A stretch of DNA of 64,000 nucleotides. Source: Pseudomonadota bacterium. Lineage in GTDB: Archaea > Thermoplasmatota > SW-10-69-26 > JACQPN01 > JAJPHT01. The position numbers and the translations under genes were made by a program. The stretch covers positions 32,001-96,000 of the forward strand of contig JAJPHT010000020.1 of the NCBI GenBank assembly GCA_021325135.1. Direction: 5' to 3'. Every line of letters starts with the position of its first letter. The first letter of the stretch is position 1. Positions 45,168 to 55,900 of this stretch are shown in pieces. The notes under the pieces were generated by a model that saw only the letters and a program-made list of their open reading frames with translations, was not told the origin of the DNA and ran no database searches.

Positions 45168-45671
45168 TCAGGCGAGGTCGGCGCGCGTGTCGAGGACGAC
45201 CGTCCCGGCGGCGAGGTCGCCCATGCGCTGGTCCAGCTCGGTGGTGCGCAGGCTCCAGGCGTCCAGGGCGATGAAGACGACGAAGAACGGCGTGACCCAG
45301 AGGAGCCGCAGCAGGTTGCGCAGGAAGCTCTCGAAGAGAGAGGGCTTGGCGCCGTCCATGCGCGCGACGCGCAGGCCGGCCACCATCTTGCCCGGCGTGC
45401 GGGCCCAGCGCGCCTCGAAGAGGGTGAAGTAGACGAGGCCGAGGCCGCCTTCGAAGATGCTCACGATCCAGAGGAGGCCCGCGGCGGGGCTGCGCTGGCC
45501 CAGCACGTCGATGTCCGGGATGCGCAGGACGCCCAGCGTGGCGAAGACGAAGGTGATGGTCCAGGCGAGGACGAAGACGATGGTGCTGTCCAGGGCGAAG
45601 GCGACGGCGCGCCGCAGGGCGCCTGCGGTCGCGGGGGCGCGGCGCTTCCACGCGTAGGCGGCCGCGCTCAC
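45168..45671 (-). CDS. RDD family membrane protein
   Basis: RRAVAFALD, TPGKMVAGLRV, LRNLLR, QRMGDLAAGTVV. Confidence 0.9.
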   Translation of the reverse strand: MSAAAYAWKRRAPATAGALRRAVAFALDSTIVFVLAWTITFVFATLGVLRIPDIDVLGQRSPAAGLLWIVSIFEGGLGLVYFTLFEARWARTPGKMVAGLRVARMDGAKPSLFESFLRNLLRLLWVTPFFVVFIALDAWSLRTTELDQRMGDLAAGTVVLDTRADLA

Positions 45672-46777
45672 GCGACGCCCTCCAGGTGGTGCGCGAGGCC
45701 GGCGCGGGGCGCGAGGGCCGCCACGAGCATCTTCGCGGTGGTGTTGGCCTCTCCCGCGTCCTGGAGCGAGGCGGGGGCGTCGCGCGCGGCCTCGGAGCGC
45801 TCGCGCAGCAGGGCGAGGTCGTGCTTGAGGGGGTCGGGCACGCCGTTGCCCAGCCACGCGGCGACGGCGGGCTCGCGGGCGAGGCTGTCGACGGCGAGCC
45901 AGCTCATGCGGACGCTGCGGTCGAACTGGCCCTCCTTGAGGGCGAGGTTGGAGGAGGCGATGCCGGCCAGGGCGCGCTCCAGGCCGTTGGGGCGCTCGAC
46001 GCGGAGGAACGACTCGCGGACCTTGCGGCTGTCGCGCAGGGTCAGGGGCGGGCCCGGGTACGGGGGCGCCACGGGCGCGTCGGCGGCGGGCTTGCGCTTC
46101 ATGCTCACCACGGCGCCCAGGTGCAGGGTCATGGCGAAGGCGCCCGCGAGGAACACCATGTCGAAGACGCCCGCGCCGCCGATGCTGATGATGGTGTTCT
46201 CGGAGGCGGAGGCGAAGTAGGACGCGATGTCGCGCACGTGGAGGAGGTCGGCCCCGATGAGCGCGCCCAGCGTGCCGCAGGCGTAGGCGATGGGCGCGCC
46301 GCGGCTGGGCTTGCGGAAGGAGACGGCGAGGGCGAAGACCAGCGCCACGGCGACGGGGAGGAAGAACTCGGGGTAGCGCGCGACGATGCCGGTTCCCGGG
46401 TCGAAGCTCACGATGCGCCATGCGGCCAGCGTCACGAGCGCGGTGCCCACGAGCGTCGGGAGGATGGGCAGCTTGCGCTTGTGGATCCACCACCCCACGA
46501 GCATGAGGGGGACCAGCGTGCCGCCCACGTTCACCGCGAGGTAGGTGCCGCCGTACACCGCGACGGGGATGTTGACCGCGCCGCCCGCGATGCTGCCCAG
46601 GGTGAGGAAGGCGACCTCGCGGCCCGAGAAGCCCACCTCGCTGAAGAGGTCGGCGCGGCGGCGGAAGAGGAGGAAGATGAGCCCCAGGCTGGCGAACGCC
46701 ATGAAGAAGCTCCAGGGGACGTCCTGGAGCTGGACGGGCAGCCCGTCGGCCGCGACGAGCACGGGGATCGCCTCCAT
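45668..46777 (-). CDS. DUF1614 family membrane protein with C-terminal extension
   Basis: VNIPV, AVNVGGTLVP, GTLGALIGADLL, SIGGAGVFD. Confidence 0.85.
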   Translation of the reverse strand: MEAIPVLVAADGLPVQLQDVPWSFFMAFASLGLIFLLFRRRADLFSEVGFSGREVAFLTLGSIAGGAVNIPVAVYGGTYLAVNVGGTLVPLMLVGWWIHKRKLPILPTLVGTALVTLAAWRIVSFDPGTGIVARYPEFFLPVAVALVFALAVSFRKPSRGAPIAYACGTLGALIGADLLHVRDIASYFASASENTIISIGGAGVFDMVFLAGAFAMTLHLGAVVSMKRKPAADAPVAPPYPGPPLTLRDSRKVRESFLRVERPNGLERALAGIASSNLALKEGQFDRSVRMSWLAVDSLAREPAVAAWLGNGVPDPLKHDLALLRERSEAARDAPASLQDAGEANTTAKMLVAALAPRAGLAHHLEGVA

Positions 46778-46873
46778 CCTCGGCCCGGAACCACGGTGGG
46801 TGCCCTCAAATCCCTTTCCTCACCCGAGGGGGTCACTCCCAAGGCTTTTGAGGCGCCCCTCGGGTCCGGCGGC

Positions 46874-47200
46874 GTGGCGCGCTGGGTGCGGTGGGTCTTC
46901 GAGGCGCAGGCGCCCGCCGACGAGTTCCAGCGCCTCCTGGAGCGCGGCCTCACGCTGCGGGGCGTCGCGGTGGAGCCCGCGGAGCACTTCCACTTCACGG
47001 CCCGCGCGCTGGGCGCCCGCGCCTTCGTGGAGATCGCGTGGGCCGAGCAGGGGCTGGAGGTGCGCGTCAAGCTCAAGGCGGGCCTCTTCGCGAGCTCCAA
47101 GGGGTTGGAGCGCCTGCTGCTGGAGGCGGGCCGCGAGGCGCAGGCGCGCCTCCTTCCCAACGGCCCCCCGGGGCGCATGCTGAAGGACCCGACGGCTTGA
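46874..47200 (+). CDS. Hypothetical protein
   Basis: Host codon bias; stop overlaps the next ATG (TGATG). Confidence 0.6.
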   Translation: MARWVRWVFEAQAPADEFQRLLERGLTLRGVAVEPAEHFHFTARALGARAFVEIAWAEQGLEVRVKLKAGLFASSKGLERLLLEAGREAQARLLPNGPPGRMLKDPTA

Positions 47201-48243
47201 TGGCCGGGCCCCGGCATCGCGGCCGCGTGCTGCGCTGCCCGGACTGCGGCCGCGACGTGCCCGAGGTGCTCGGGGCGGACGCCCAGGAGTGCCCCCACTG
47301 CGGCGCGGAGGTGCTGGCCTTGGGCCCGGCGCCGCGCGCGGAGGGCGCGGGCCTCGTGGACGCGGCGGGCGCGGCGGCGGAGGCGTTCCGCTTCGCGCGG
47401 CGCCACTACGGAGGCGTGCTCCTCCTGTGGGTCCCCGCGCTGGTGGTGGACGTCGCGGCGGCGCTGGGCGTGGGCTACTACGAGGCCTCGCACCCCATTC
47501 CGGCCGCGGGCGATCCGGGCGCGCAGGCCGCCGCGCTGAGCTACCTGGGCGTGGCGCTCCCCAGCTTCCTGCTCCTTGTGGCGCTCAACCTCGCGCTCTT
47601 CGCGCCCACGGGCGGCTACGTCCTCGACCGCACGGGCGTCACGCCCCCCGGCAAAAGCGCCCTGGCGGCCGCCGCGCGCGCGCCGCTGCTCCTCCTTGCG
47701 CTGGGGCTCGTGCTGACGCTCGTCTACCTGGGGGGCGCGCTCCTGGCCCTGGTGGGGCTCCTGGTGTTCTACCACTGGTTCCAGTTCGCGCCCGTGGCGC
47801 TCGCCCACCGGCGCAAGGGGCTGGGCGACGCGTTCGAGGCCAGCCGGCGCTTCGCCCGCGAGCGGCGCGTCTTCGGCTTCACCGCGCTCTCCTTCTTCGC
47901 CCTCCTCGCGGCGTTCCTCGCGCAGGTCCTTCTGTCGGCGGGCGCCGACGCGCTGCTGCGCCTCCTCCACGCGCAGAACCTCTGGACGGAGGCCGTGGCG
48001 GGCTGGGCGCCTGCGTGGCTCGTGACGCCCTTTCTGGCCATCCTGCCCGCCGCGTACTGGTCCCTGGCCGAGCGCGCGCCCGCGCAGGCGGCAACTCCGG
48101 CGGCCGCGCCAGAGGCCGCCCCCTCCGGGGGCTTCCGCACGACGAAGTGCCCGCAGTGCGGGACGCTGGTGCCCTACGTGGCCACGGGCGCGCCCGTGGA
48201 CGTGGAGTGCCCCGTGTGCGGCCGCAAGGGGCGGGTCCTCTGA
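47200..48243 (+). CDS. Membrane protein with N- and C-terminal zinc ribbons
   Basis: CPDC..CPHC, ~6 TM, CPQC..CPVC. Confidence 0.8.
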   Translation: MAGPRHRGRVLRCPDCGRDVPEVLGADAQECPHCGAEVLALGPAPRAEGAGLVDAAGAAAEAFRFARRHYGGVLLLWVPALVVDVAAALGVGYYEASHPIPAAGDPGAQAAALSYLGVALPSFLLLVALNLALFAPTGGYVLDRTGVTPPGKSALAAAARAPLLLLALGLVLTLVYLGGALLALVGLLVFYHWFQFAPVALAHRRKGLGDAFEASRRFARERRVFGFTALSFFALLAAFLAQVLLSAGADALLRLLHAQNLWTEAVAGWAPAWLVTPFLAILPAAYWSLAERAPAQAATPAAAPEAAPSGGFRTTKCPQCGTLVPYVATGAPVDVECPVCGRKGRVL

Positions 48244-48247
48244 GGGC

Positions 48248-48472
48248 TCACTGCGGCGTGTGGATGATTTGCTTCACGGCGTTGATGGCGTCCGCGGCGC
48301 TGGGGACGTACACGTAGGTCGGATCCGTCAGGGGCAGGCCCGAGCCGCAGAGGGCGTTGATGGTCGCGACGGCGTTGTCTCCCGAGCGGAAGTAGAAGCA
48401 GCAGATGGCGCTCTCCCGGTCGGAGTGGACGGCGGCGAAGGTGGGCTTCGAGTAGGGGCTCATGGTCTCCAT
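48248..48472 (-). CDS. Small hypothetical Cys-containing protein
   Basis: 74 aa; host-like codons; YSKPTF near N-terminus, CC and C. Confidence 0.55.
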   Translation of the reverse strand: METMSPYSKPTFAAVHSDRESAICCFYFRSGDNAVATINALCGSGLPLTDPTYVYVPSAADAINAVKQIIHTPQ

Positions 48473-48548
48473 CCTCCGGGGGGCATGATCCGCAGGGGGG
48501 ATCATGCTTTGGGGCCAACGTTGCCGGGCGTGGTGGACTGTTACGCGC

Positions 48549-49472
48549 CTATCCCACGAGCCCTTGCCTCTCCTTGACGCCCGTCACGACGACGTGGATG
48601 GTCCCCACGCCCGCGCACTTGGGGTCCAGGGTCCAGCGGTGCGCGCCCCGCGCGGCGGGGGCCTCGTCGGTGGCGGCGCCTGCGCCCAGGACCTGCGCGT
48701 GGGCGAGGGGCTGGCCCGCGTCGTCCAGGAGCGTGGCGTCGCAGGCGCCCGCGGTCCACGCGATCGAGAGGTGGGCGCGCACGCCGGAGTCCGCGGGGGG
48801 CACGTCCAGCGGCATGGGGAGCGGCAGGCTCGTGGGCGCGGAGTAGCGCAGGGAGGCCAGCGTCTCCTCGACGTAGTAGAGGCCGTGGTAGTTGGCGCCG
48901 AAGCCCGTGAGGTCCGCCACCAGGACCTGCTGGCCCCCCTTGCCGGGGTCGACGATCTCCAGGTGCGTGAGCCAGCCGGGGGTGGGCGCGTAGTCGTAGC
49001 GCGCGAAGGTCTGCCCCAGGCTGGAGGCCTCCACGTGGAAGCCCACCTCGGGGCCCGCCCCGGGGACCTGGATCGTGGCGGCGTGCGCGGTGGCGCGGGC
49101 CTCGTGCCCCCAGAAACGATAGCTCCACGACTGGCCGTCCGCGAGGGGCAATTGGAGCATGGGCCAGACCTCGTCGGCGATCTCGGGGTTGAGCCCGCGG
49201 GTGAGGTTGCCCAGGAAGGGGAGGCCGAAGAAGCCGTAGGAGGCGTTGGAGCCCAGGGTGAAGCCGTCGGGCTTCACGCGGTCGACGATGAGGTCCATGT
49301 CCACGCTGAGGTTGCCGTGGAGGGTGGCGTGATAGCTCCACCAGTCGCCGGCCTGCCAGCGCTCGGCCTTGAGGAGCGGGGCGGCCTGGGGCGAGACGGT
49401 GGGCGAGGCCGCGTGGTCGAGGCAGCCGGCGAGGAGCAGGACGGCGAGCAGCAGCGACGTCGCGGCGCGCAT
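48549..49472 (-). CDS. Lipoprotein, hypothetical
   Basis: Lipobox LLAGC; WQAGDWWSY motif. Confidence 0.8.
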   Translation of the reverse strand: MRAATSLLLAVLLLAGCLDHAASPTVSPQAAPLLKAERWQAGDWWSYHATLHGNLSVDMDLIVDRVKPDGFTLGSNASYGFFGLPFLGNLTRGLNPEIADEVWPMLQLPLADGQSWSYRFWGHEARATAHAATIQVPGAGPEVGFHVEASSLGQTFARYDYAPTPGWLTHLEIVDPGKGGQQVLVADLTGFGANYHGLYYVEETLASLRYSAPTSLPLPMPLDVPPADSGVRAHLSIAWTAGACDATLLDDAGQPLAHAQVLGAGAATDEAPAARGAHRWTLDPKCAGVGTIHVVVTGVKERQGLVG

Positions 49473-49677
49473 CTCGCTCCAGCGTGCGCGGGCGAGGCTT
49501 CAGCTTTGGGGGTGCGACGTGCCACGGAAAGGGCGTCGGAAGCCGCCCGCTCCATGATCAACCCGAGGCTCCTCGCGGACGCCCGACTGGCCGCCCTTGG
49601 CAGGATGGGTCCTGCAAGCGCTTAGGTCGTCGTGGCTTGATGGTCATGCCTCTGCTGCAGAGACGGAGGAGAAACCC

Positions 49678-51180
49678 TTGTCATCCCCGGTCCGCGTTTT
49701 CGCCGTGCTGACGTTGCTCTCGACGCTGGGCGCATCCCTTCCCTCCGCAGCCGCGGACACTGACGACAGGCCGATCCAGACGGTGCTCGCTCCCGTCCCG
49801 GTCATTGATCCGCGGGACCCTTGCACCTCGCCACAGCCCTCCGCCTTCTCGTTCCAGCTCGGCACCGGCATCGACGCCAATGAGAACGTGCTTCCTCAGG
49901 GGACGGTCGATCCGGCGTGGACCCTGTCCAGTCGCCCGCTGAGCATGTTCGGCGGAGCCGGCCCGGGGATCGCGCGGGTGGCAGAGGTCTACCCCGGCTG
50001 GACGCCATACACCTTCTGGCCGTACCACGCGGCCTGGATCACGTCTGCGCCCTCGGGTGAGATCGACTTCTCGGGGACTTACGTCTACGAGCGCGAGTTC
50101 TACGTCTCGCCGCGGGCGCAGAACGTGCATCTCGACGTCGTCTACGCGGCGGATGACGGCGTCACGCTCTCCCTGGTCCAGCCCGGCGGAGCGGCGACGC
50201 TGCTCCTGGCCGACACGCCCTCAAACGCCTTCGCGCAGTGGCAAAGCGCTCCGGACCAGGCCCTTGCCAACGCAGGCCAGTTCGTCCTCGTGGCGAAGGT
50301 CACGAACATCCCCATGGGGGGCATGCCGGACGAGAACCCCACGGGTCTTCAGCTCGGCGTATCGCTTGCGGGCGATTGCGCCCCCCTGATCCGTCCCGCC
50401 AATCCCGACCCCTGCCAGCCGTTCCCCGTCAGCTTCTACGTGGAGCTGGGCACCGGTCGCGACTTCAATGGCGCCCCCCTCCCTGGCGGGCAGATGGACC
50501 CCTTCTGGCAGGCAGACAGCTACCCCAAGGGGGGCGCGACGATCGCGGGCGCCGCCTACAGCCATGGCGTGGACCCGGCGCCGGGCACGTTGGCGCCCAA
50601 CCCGACGTTGGAGACGTCCTGGATCAACCCCAATCCAGTGGGGCTCGAAGGCGACTTCGGCAACTACCAGTACAGCCGGCTCCTCGACGTTCCCCAAGGG
50701 TCCTACAATGACCAGCTGAGCATCTCCTTTGCCGCGGCTGGCCAGCCGTATTTCTTCCTCCTTGTGCCAATGGGTGGCGGAACGCCGATCCAGATTCCAG
50801 CCGGCGCCGGGAATTATTGGAGCTGGACCTCTCTCGGCCCCGTCTCCGTGAGCCCGGGTCTCTATCGGCTCGAAGCGCACGTGGGCTACAACGAATACGG
50901 GCCTTTCGTGGGCCTGGACGCTTCCGTCGTCCTCACGGGCACCTGCTCGGGCTCCACGACCCTCGTCCCCAGCCAGCAGGTGGGTCCGACGCCAGAGATC
51001 GGACCCTTGGTGACGCCGGAGGTGCCCGGGGTTTGCGTGCCCCTTCCGCCCGTGGGGGTGCCCGGTGGCGTCGTCCCCGCGCCGCCCCCCATCATCTGCC
51101 TCGGCTCCATTCCGGCGCAGCAGCTTACGCCGCCCATCCCGCCCCAGTCGTTCGTCACCCCGCCCATCGTCATCCCCTAG
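49678..51180 (+). CDS. Secreted protein with two tandem beta-sandwich repeats and Pro-rich tail
   Basis: GGAGGA RBS before TTG; repeats DPC..F..LGTG.D.N...LP.G..DP.W..WI..G.Y.Y.R; weaker GC3 bias. Confidence 0.75.
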   Translation: MSSPVRVFAVLTLLSTLGASLPSAAADTDDRPIQTVLAPVPVIDPRDPCTSPQPSAFSFQLGTGIDANENVLPQGTVDPAWTLSSRPLSMFGGAGPGIARVAEVYPGWTPYTFWPYHAAWITSAPSGEIDFSGTYVYEREFYVSPRAQNVHLDVVYAADDGVTLSLVQPGGAATLLLADTPSNAFAQWQSAPDQALANAGQFVLVAKVTNIPMGGMPDENPTGLQLGVSLAGDCAPLIRPANPDPCQPFPVSFYVELGTGRDFNGAPLPGGQMDPFWQADSYPKGGATIAGAAYSHGVDPAPGTLAPNPTLETSWINPNPVGLEGDFGNYQYSRLLDVPQGSYNDQLSISFAAAGQPYFFLLVPMGGGTPIQIPAGAGNYWSWTSLGPVSVSPGLYRLEAHVGYNEYGPFVGLDASVVLTGTCSGSTTLVPSQQVGPTPEIGPLVTPEVPGVCVPLPPVGVPGGVVPAPPPIICLGSIPAQQLTPPIPPQSFVTPPIVIP

Positions 51181-51196
51181 GGCTCCTTCAGGGTTC

Positions 51197-51233
51197 GAGC
51201 CCGCTGAAAAGGCTGGCGCGCCGGAGCGGGCTC
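51197..51233. terminator. Stem-loop between convergent genes
   Basis: GAGCCCGCT...AGCGGGCTC. Confidence 0.45.
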
Positions 51234-51244
51234 CGAGGACCGTG

Positions 51245-51877
51245 CTAGCGCGGCGGCTCGTCGGCGGGGGGCTGCGACGCCTCGCCCTGCGGGAACGCGC
51301 TGAGCTTCTGGTTCCCCTTCTCGTCGGTGGTGGGGAGCTTCAGGCCCACCTTGTCGGCGAGGAAGTGCTTGATGCCCTCGCGGTCCGCGGCGGGGATGCC
51401 GAAGTACTCGGGGAAGCGCTCCGAGGTGACGAGGAGGAAGCTTCGCTCGTGGACGCGCTTGCGGACGAGGCCCGCCTCGGTCAGCTCCGCGATGTGGTCG
51501 TACACCTTGGGGCCGACCATGTCCTTGAGGTCGCTTTGCAGCACGGGCTGGTGGTACGCGATGAGGGCCAGCGTCTTGAGGAGCTTGAGGGGGATCTCCA
51601 TGGGGGCGAGCTTGGTGGTGCTCGGCGCGTAGGCGGTGCGCACCTGCATGCCCCACTTGTCGCCGGCGCGACCGATCTCCAGCGCGCTGTGCGCGGCGGC
51701 GTAGCGCGCCTGCAATTCCTTCAGCGCGCCGGGGACCTTGCGTTTGTCCAGGCCGGCGTTCTCGGCGATCTCCTCGACGCTCACGGGCTTGCCGGCGCTG
51801 AAGAGCGCGGCCTCGACGACGAGGACGGGGTCAAGCTCAGCGTCGTCGGTCACGAGAAGCGCCTCAGTTGTTCGCAT
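51245..51877 (-). CDS. scpB: SMC-Scp complex subunit ScpB
   Basis: VEAALFSAGKPVS, LKTLALIAYHQPV, TSERFPEYFGI. Confidence 0.93.
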   Translation of the reverse strand: MRTTEALLVTDDAELDPVLVVEAALFSAGKPVSVEEIAENAGLDKRKVPGALKELQARYAAAHSALEIGRAGDKWGMQVRTAYAPSTTKLAPMEIPLKLLKTLALIAYHQPVLQSDLKDMVGPKVYDHIAELTEAGLVRKRVHERSFLLVTSERFPEYFGIPAADREGIKHFLADKVGLKLPTTDEKGNQKLSAFPQGEASQPPADEPPR

Positions 51878-52850
51878 GCTTCATCTCCACGGTCTTCGCC
51901 TTCCGCGTGGGCGGCTTCCTCGCTTTGACGGGGAGCGTCGGCGTCTCGGGCGCGGGCGGGCTCATGTCCACGAAGTGGTCCGCGGACGGGTTCTGGATGA
52001 AGATCATGCCGTAGGGGAAGTCCTCCTGCCAGAGGCGGATCTTCTGCTCCCGGGCGAGGAAGAGGACGGAGACGAGCGTCTTCACGACGTCGTCGCGCGT
52101 CTTGTCCTGGATCTCGGTGATGGGGATGGGCACGCCGTTGCGTCCGAGGATGCGCTCCCAGACCTCGCGGATGTCGGCGTCCTGGTCCTCCTTGTGGGCG
52201 GCGCCCTCGGCGCGGCCGCGGCCGGCGGCACGGCGCTGGGACTTCAGCGCCTCGCGGCTCTCCACCAGGGCGGCGCGAAGGTCCGCTTCGCGGCGGGCCT
52301 CCTCCAGCGCGCTGACCAATTCCATGAGCGTGACCTTGCGATCCCCCTTGTGGCGGATCTTCTCGTCCAGGAGGTCGTCGGGGTCGGCGCCGAGGACGCG
52401 CTGGTTGTACGCGGCGTCCACGTCGCTGGGAAGCTCGTCCAGGCTGGGAAGGTCGTCCCAGCCAAGCTCCACGGGCTCGGGGGGCGGGGGCGGCTCGGCG
52501 CGCTCGCGGAGGTGCTCGCTCTGGAGGCGCAGGATGCTCCACGCCATGTGGAGGAGCTTGCCCGCGGTGAGGAGGTCGATCTGCGCGCCGTCCTTGACGC
52601 GCTGCATGTAGAGGGCGGTGAACTTCACCAGGTCGATGGCCCACGGGTCCATGCCCTGGTCCAGCACCAGCTCGAAGGCCAGCGAGATGCTGCGGTCGAA
52701 GGGGTCCTCGATGCCCACGTGGTGCCCCTGGCCGCGCTCCTTGACGAGGCGGATGTACTCGTTGATGCGCTCGTTCCCGTTCTCGTCGCTGAGGAGCGCC
52801 TTGTGGAACATGAGGTGGTTGACGAGCTGCTGCTCGCTGAGGCCGGCCAC
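51864..52850 (-). CDS. scpA: Kleisin ScpA
   Basis: MDPWAIDLVKFT, RKVTLMELVSAL, LFLA..I.LWQEDFPYGMI; between smc and scpB. Confidence 0.92.
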   Translation of the reverse strand: MAGLSEQQLVNHLMFHKALLSDENGNERINEYIRLVKERGQGHHVGIEDPFDRSISLAFELVLDQGMDPWAIDLVKFTALYMQRVKDGAQIDLLTAGKLLHMAWSILRLQSEHLRERAEPPPPPEPVELGWDDLPSLDELPSDVDAAYNQRVLGADPDDLLDEKIRHKGDRKVTLMELVSALEEARREADLRAALVESREALKSQRRAAGRGRAEGAAHKEDQDADIREVWERILGRNGVPIPITEIQDKTRDDVVKTLVSVLFLAREQKIRLWQEDFPYGMIFIQNPSADHFVDMSPPAPETPTLPVKARKPPTRKAKTVEMKHANN

Positions 52851-52883
52851 TCTAGCTCGCCCCCTCGATCAGGCGCCTCGACA

Positions 52884-52966
52884 ACGCCACGACGCCACGA
52901 CGCCACGACGCGACGCTTTCGAGAATCGTGGCGTCGTGGCGTCGTGGCGTCGTGGCGTCGCGACGT
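52884..52966. repeat. Hairpin of inverted 8-bp tandem units between smc and scpA
   Basis: (ACGCCACG)x3 plus 1 variant, spacer, (CGTGGCGT)x4 plus 1 variant. Confidence 0.92.
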
Positions 52967-52979
52967 GACGGAGAGGCAA

Positions 52980-55900
52980 TCACGCGGGGGGCGCCTCCTG
53001 GGCAGGTTCGTCCGCAAGCTCGGAGATGCGCACCTCGCCGATGATCTCGGAGAGGCCGCTCTCCATCATGGTGACGCCGTAGACGTGCTCGGCCTCCTTC
53101 AGCGTCACCTTGCGCAGCGAGACGACGATGAACTGGGCGTGCTTGCTCTCGCTCTTGACCATGCGGGCGAGAAGCTCCGAGTTGACGCCGTCGAGGTTCT
53201 GGTCCACCTCGTCCAGATAATAGAATGGCGAGGGGTCGAACTCCTGGATGGCGAAGATGAACGCCATGGACGTCAACGACTTCTCGCCGCCCGAGAGGGC
53301 TTCCAGGCGCGTGACCTTCTTGCCGGGGGGCTGGGCGCGCATGGTGAGGCCGCCTTCGAAGGGGCTCTCGGGGTTCTCCAGCAGAAGCTCGGCCTTGCCG
53401 CCGTTGCTGAGGCGGGCGTAGGTCTTGGCGAAGTTGACGTTGATCTCGTCGTAGACCTTGAAGAAGCCCTCCTTCTTCTTGGCGACGATCTCGTCCACCA
53501 GCGTGAGGAGGTGCGTGCGCTCGGTCTCCAGGCGCGCGGTCTCGGCGGTCAGCTCCTCCTTGCGCGCGGCCTGGCGGTCGTACTCCTCCAGGGCCAGCAT
53601 GTTGACGTTGCCGAGGCGCTCCAATTGCGATTCCAGGGAGCGGACGCGGTTCCTCAGCTCGTCGACGCTCTCGGTGACGGTCTCGGGGATGGGGATGGCG
53701 AACGTGCCAAGCTCCTCGCGGACCTCCGCCAGCGACGCCTCCAGCACGGGGATGCGGCCGCGGTAGTTGAGGATCATGTCGTCCTTGCGGTTGCGCGCCT
53801 CGCGCACCTTGTCCGCGCGGACGTGGACCTCCATGCGCTCCTTCCCCAGCACGTCGCGCTGCGCGTTGAGGCCGGCGAGGGCCTCGTCCTGCTGCGCCTG
53901 GAGCGCCAAGAGCACGGCAAGCTCGTGCTCCTTCTCCTGGGCGAGGGCGCCGTTGACGCGGACGCTCTCCTCCTCCTGGGCGAGCTTGGCGTCGATCTGG
54001 GAGAGGCGCGCGGCGATCTCGGCGCGGCGCTCCTCCAGGAGGGCGAGGGAGTGCGATTTGGTCTCGACCTGCGAGCCGAGGTCGCGGACCTTCTCGCGCA
54101 GCGCGGCCGCGTCGCGGTCCTCCTTCTCCAGCTCCTTCGCCACGTCCTTGGGCGTGGCGGCGAGGAGGACCTGGGACTTCTCCTCGCGCTCGGTCTCCAT
54201 GGCGGCGAGGTCGACGGTGAGCGTCTGGAGCGCCTTGGCGTGGTCCTCGATCTCGCGCTCGGTGGCGAGGAGGTCGCGCTTCGCCTCGCCCGCCTGGGCG
54301 GTGAGGCTGGCGAGGCGGGCCTCGGCCTCGGCCTTCCTGCGGGTGGCGTCGGCCAGCTTGCCGCTGCGCTCCTGGTGGAGCAGCGTGGCCTCGCGGAGGC
54401 GGCCGTCCACGTCGTCGATCTGCGCGCGGACCCCCGAGAGGTCCGCCGAGAGCGCCTCTTGGTGCGCGACGGCGGCCTGGAGCTTCTTGCGGACGTCCTC
54501 GAACTGCGCGGCCTCGCCGGCGCCGAACTTGACCTTGGCGCCGAAGCTCTCGCGGTCGCCGCCGGTCATGGCGCCGCCCGCGTCGATGAGGTCGCCCTCC
54601 ACGGTGACGAGGCGCACGCCGCCCATGAGCTTGCGCGCCGCGTCCATGCTCTTGACGATGACCGTGTCGCGGAAGACGTACCAGAACGCGGGGCGGTACT
54701 CCTCGTCGAAGCGCAGCAGGTCGATGGCGAAGCCCAAGGCGTCGGGGCTCCGCACCGCCATGAGGGGCTTGCCCGCCGGGCGGCCGGGGACCATCTTGTT
54801 GAGGGGGAGGAACGTGGCGCGGCCCAGCTTGTTGCGCTTGAGAAGGTCGATCGCGCGGGCGGCGTCCTCGTCCGATTCGGTGACGATGGCCTGCATCTTG
54901 CCGGCGGCCGCGACCTCCATGGCGGTGGCGAGCTTGTCGTCGACCTGCGCCAGCTCCGCGACGGTGCCGCAGATGCCTTTCAATTGCCCCTGGTCGCGGG
55001 CGGCGAGGATGGCGGAGACCGCGCGGTTGTACCCCTGCGCGACCTTCTCGTTGCTGTCCGCTTGGGCCTTGAGCAGGGAGTACTCGTTCTGGAGGCGCCG
55101 AAGCGCGGGCTCCAGCTCGCGAAGCTGGCCGTTCAATTCCGCCTCGCGCTTCTTCAGGGCGAAGAGATCCTTGCGGAGCGACTCGGGGTCGACGGCCGCC
55201 GCGGCGGCGCCCGACTCCTTGAAGGTGAACTCCACGTCGCGAAGCTCGAAGCGCTGCGTCTCGATGCCCTCCTCGGCCTCCGCGACGGCGTGGACGAGGC
55301 GCGCCTTGCGCTCCACCGCCCGCTCGTGGGCGAGGCGCGTCTCGTGGAGCGCGATCTCGGCCTTCTCATGGCGCACGCGAAGCTCCGCAAGCTCGCGCTG
55401 CACGTCGCTGGCGCGGCCCGCGGTGCGGCTGATGGTGTCGCGAAGGCGCTCCAGCTTGCCCTCCGCCAACGAGAGGGCTGAGGCCTTCTCGTCGCGCTGC
55501 GCCACGAGCGCGTCGCGCTCCTTGGCGTACCGGGCGATCTCCTTCTCCTGGCGCTTGAGGTCGGCGCCCGCCTCCTGGCGAGCGCCCTTGAGCTCCACGA
55601 TCTCCTGCTGGGAGTAGTTCAGCCGCTCGGAGGCCTGGATGGCGGCCTTCTTCAACGCCTCGATCTTCTGCTTGAGGTCCTTGGCCTCGGGGCCGGCGCG
55701 CTCCACGATCTGGCGCTCGACCTCGTTGAGCGCGGCGTCGACCTCGCGCACGCGGGCCAGGAGGGCCTCCACCTGGCGCTCCAGGTCGTCGCGCTCCGCG
55801 GTCTCGCTCTCGATGAGGCCCTGCACGTTCTGGAGCTCGACCTCCAGGAAGTCCTTCCTGCGCTTGGCGTGCTTCACGCGGGCGAGGTCCAGGTCGTCCT

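Noticed and set aside
52884-52966. Possible CRISPR array (also considered for the other repeat elements)
   Set aside because: Units are 8-9 bp, contiguous and inverted, with no unique spacers and no cas genes.
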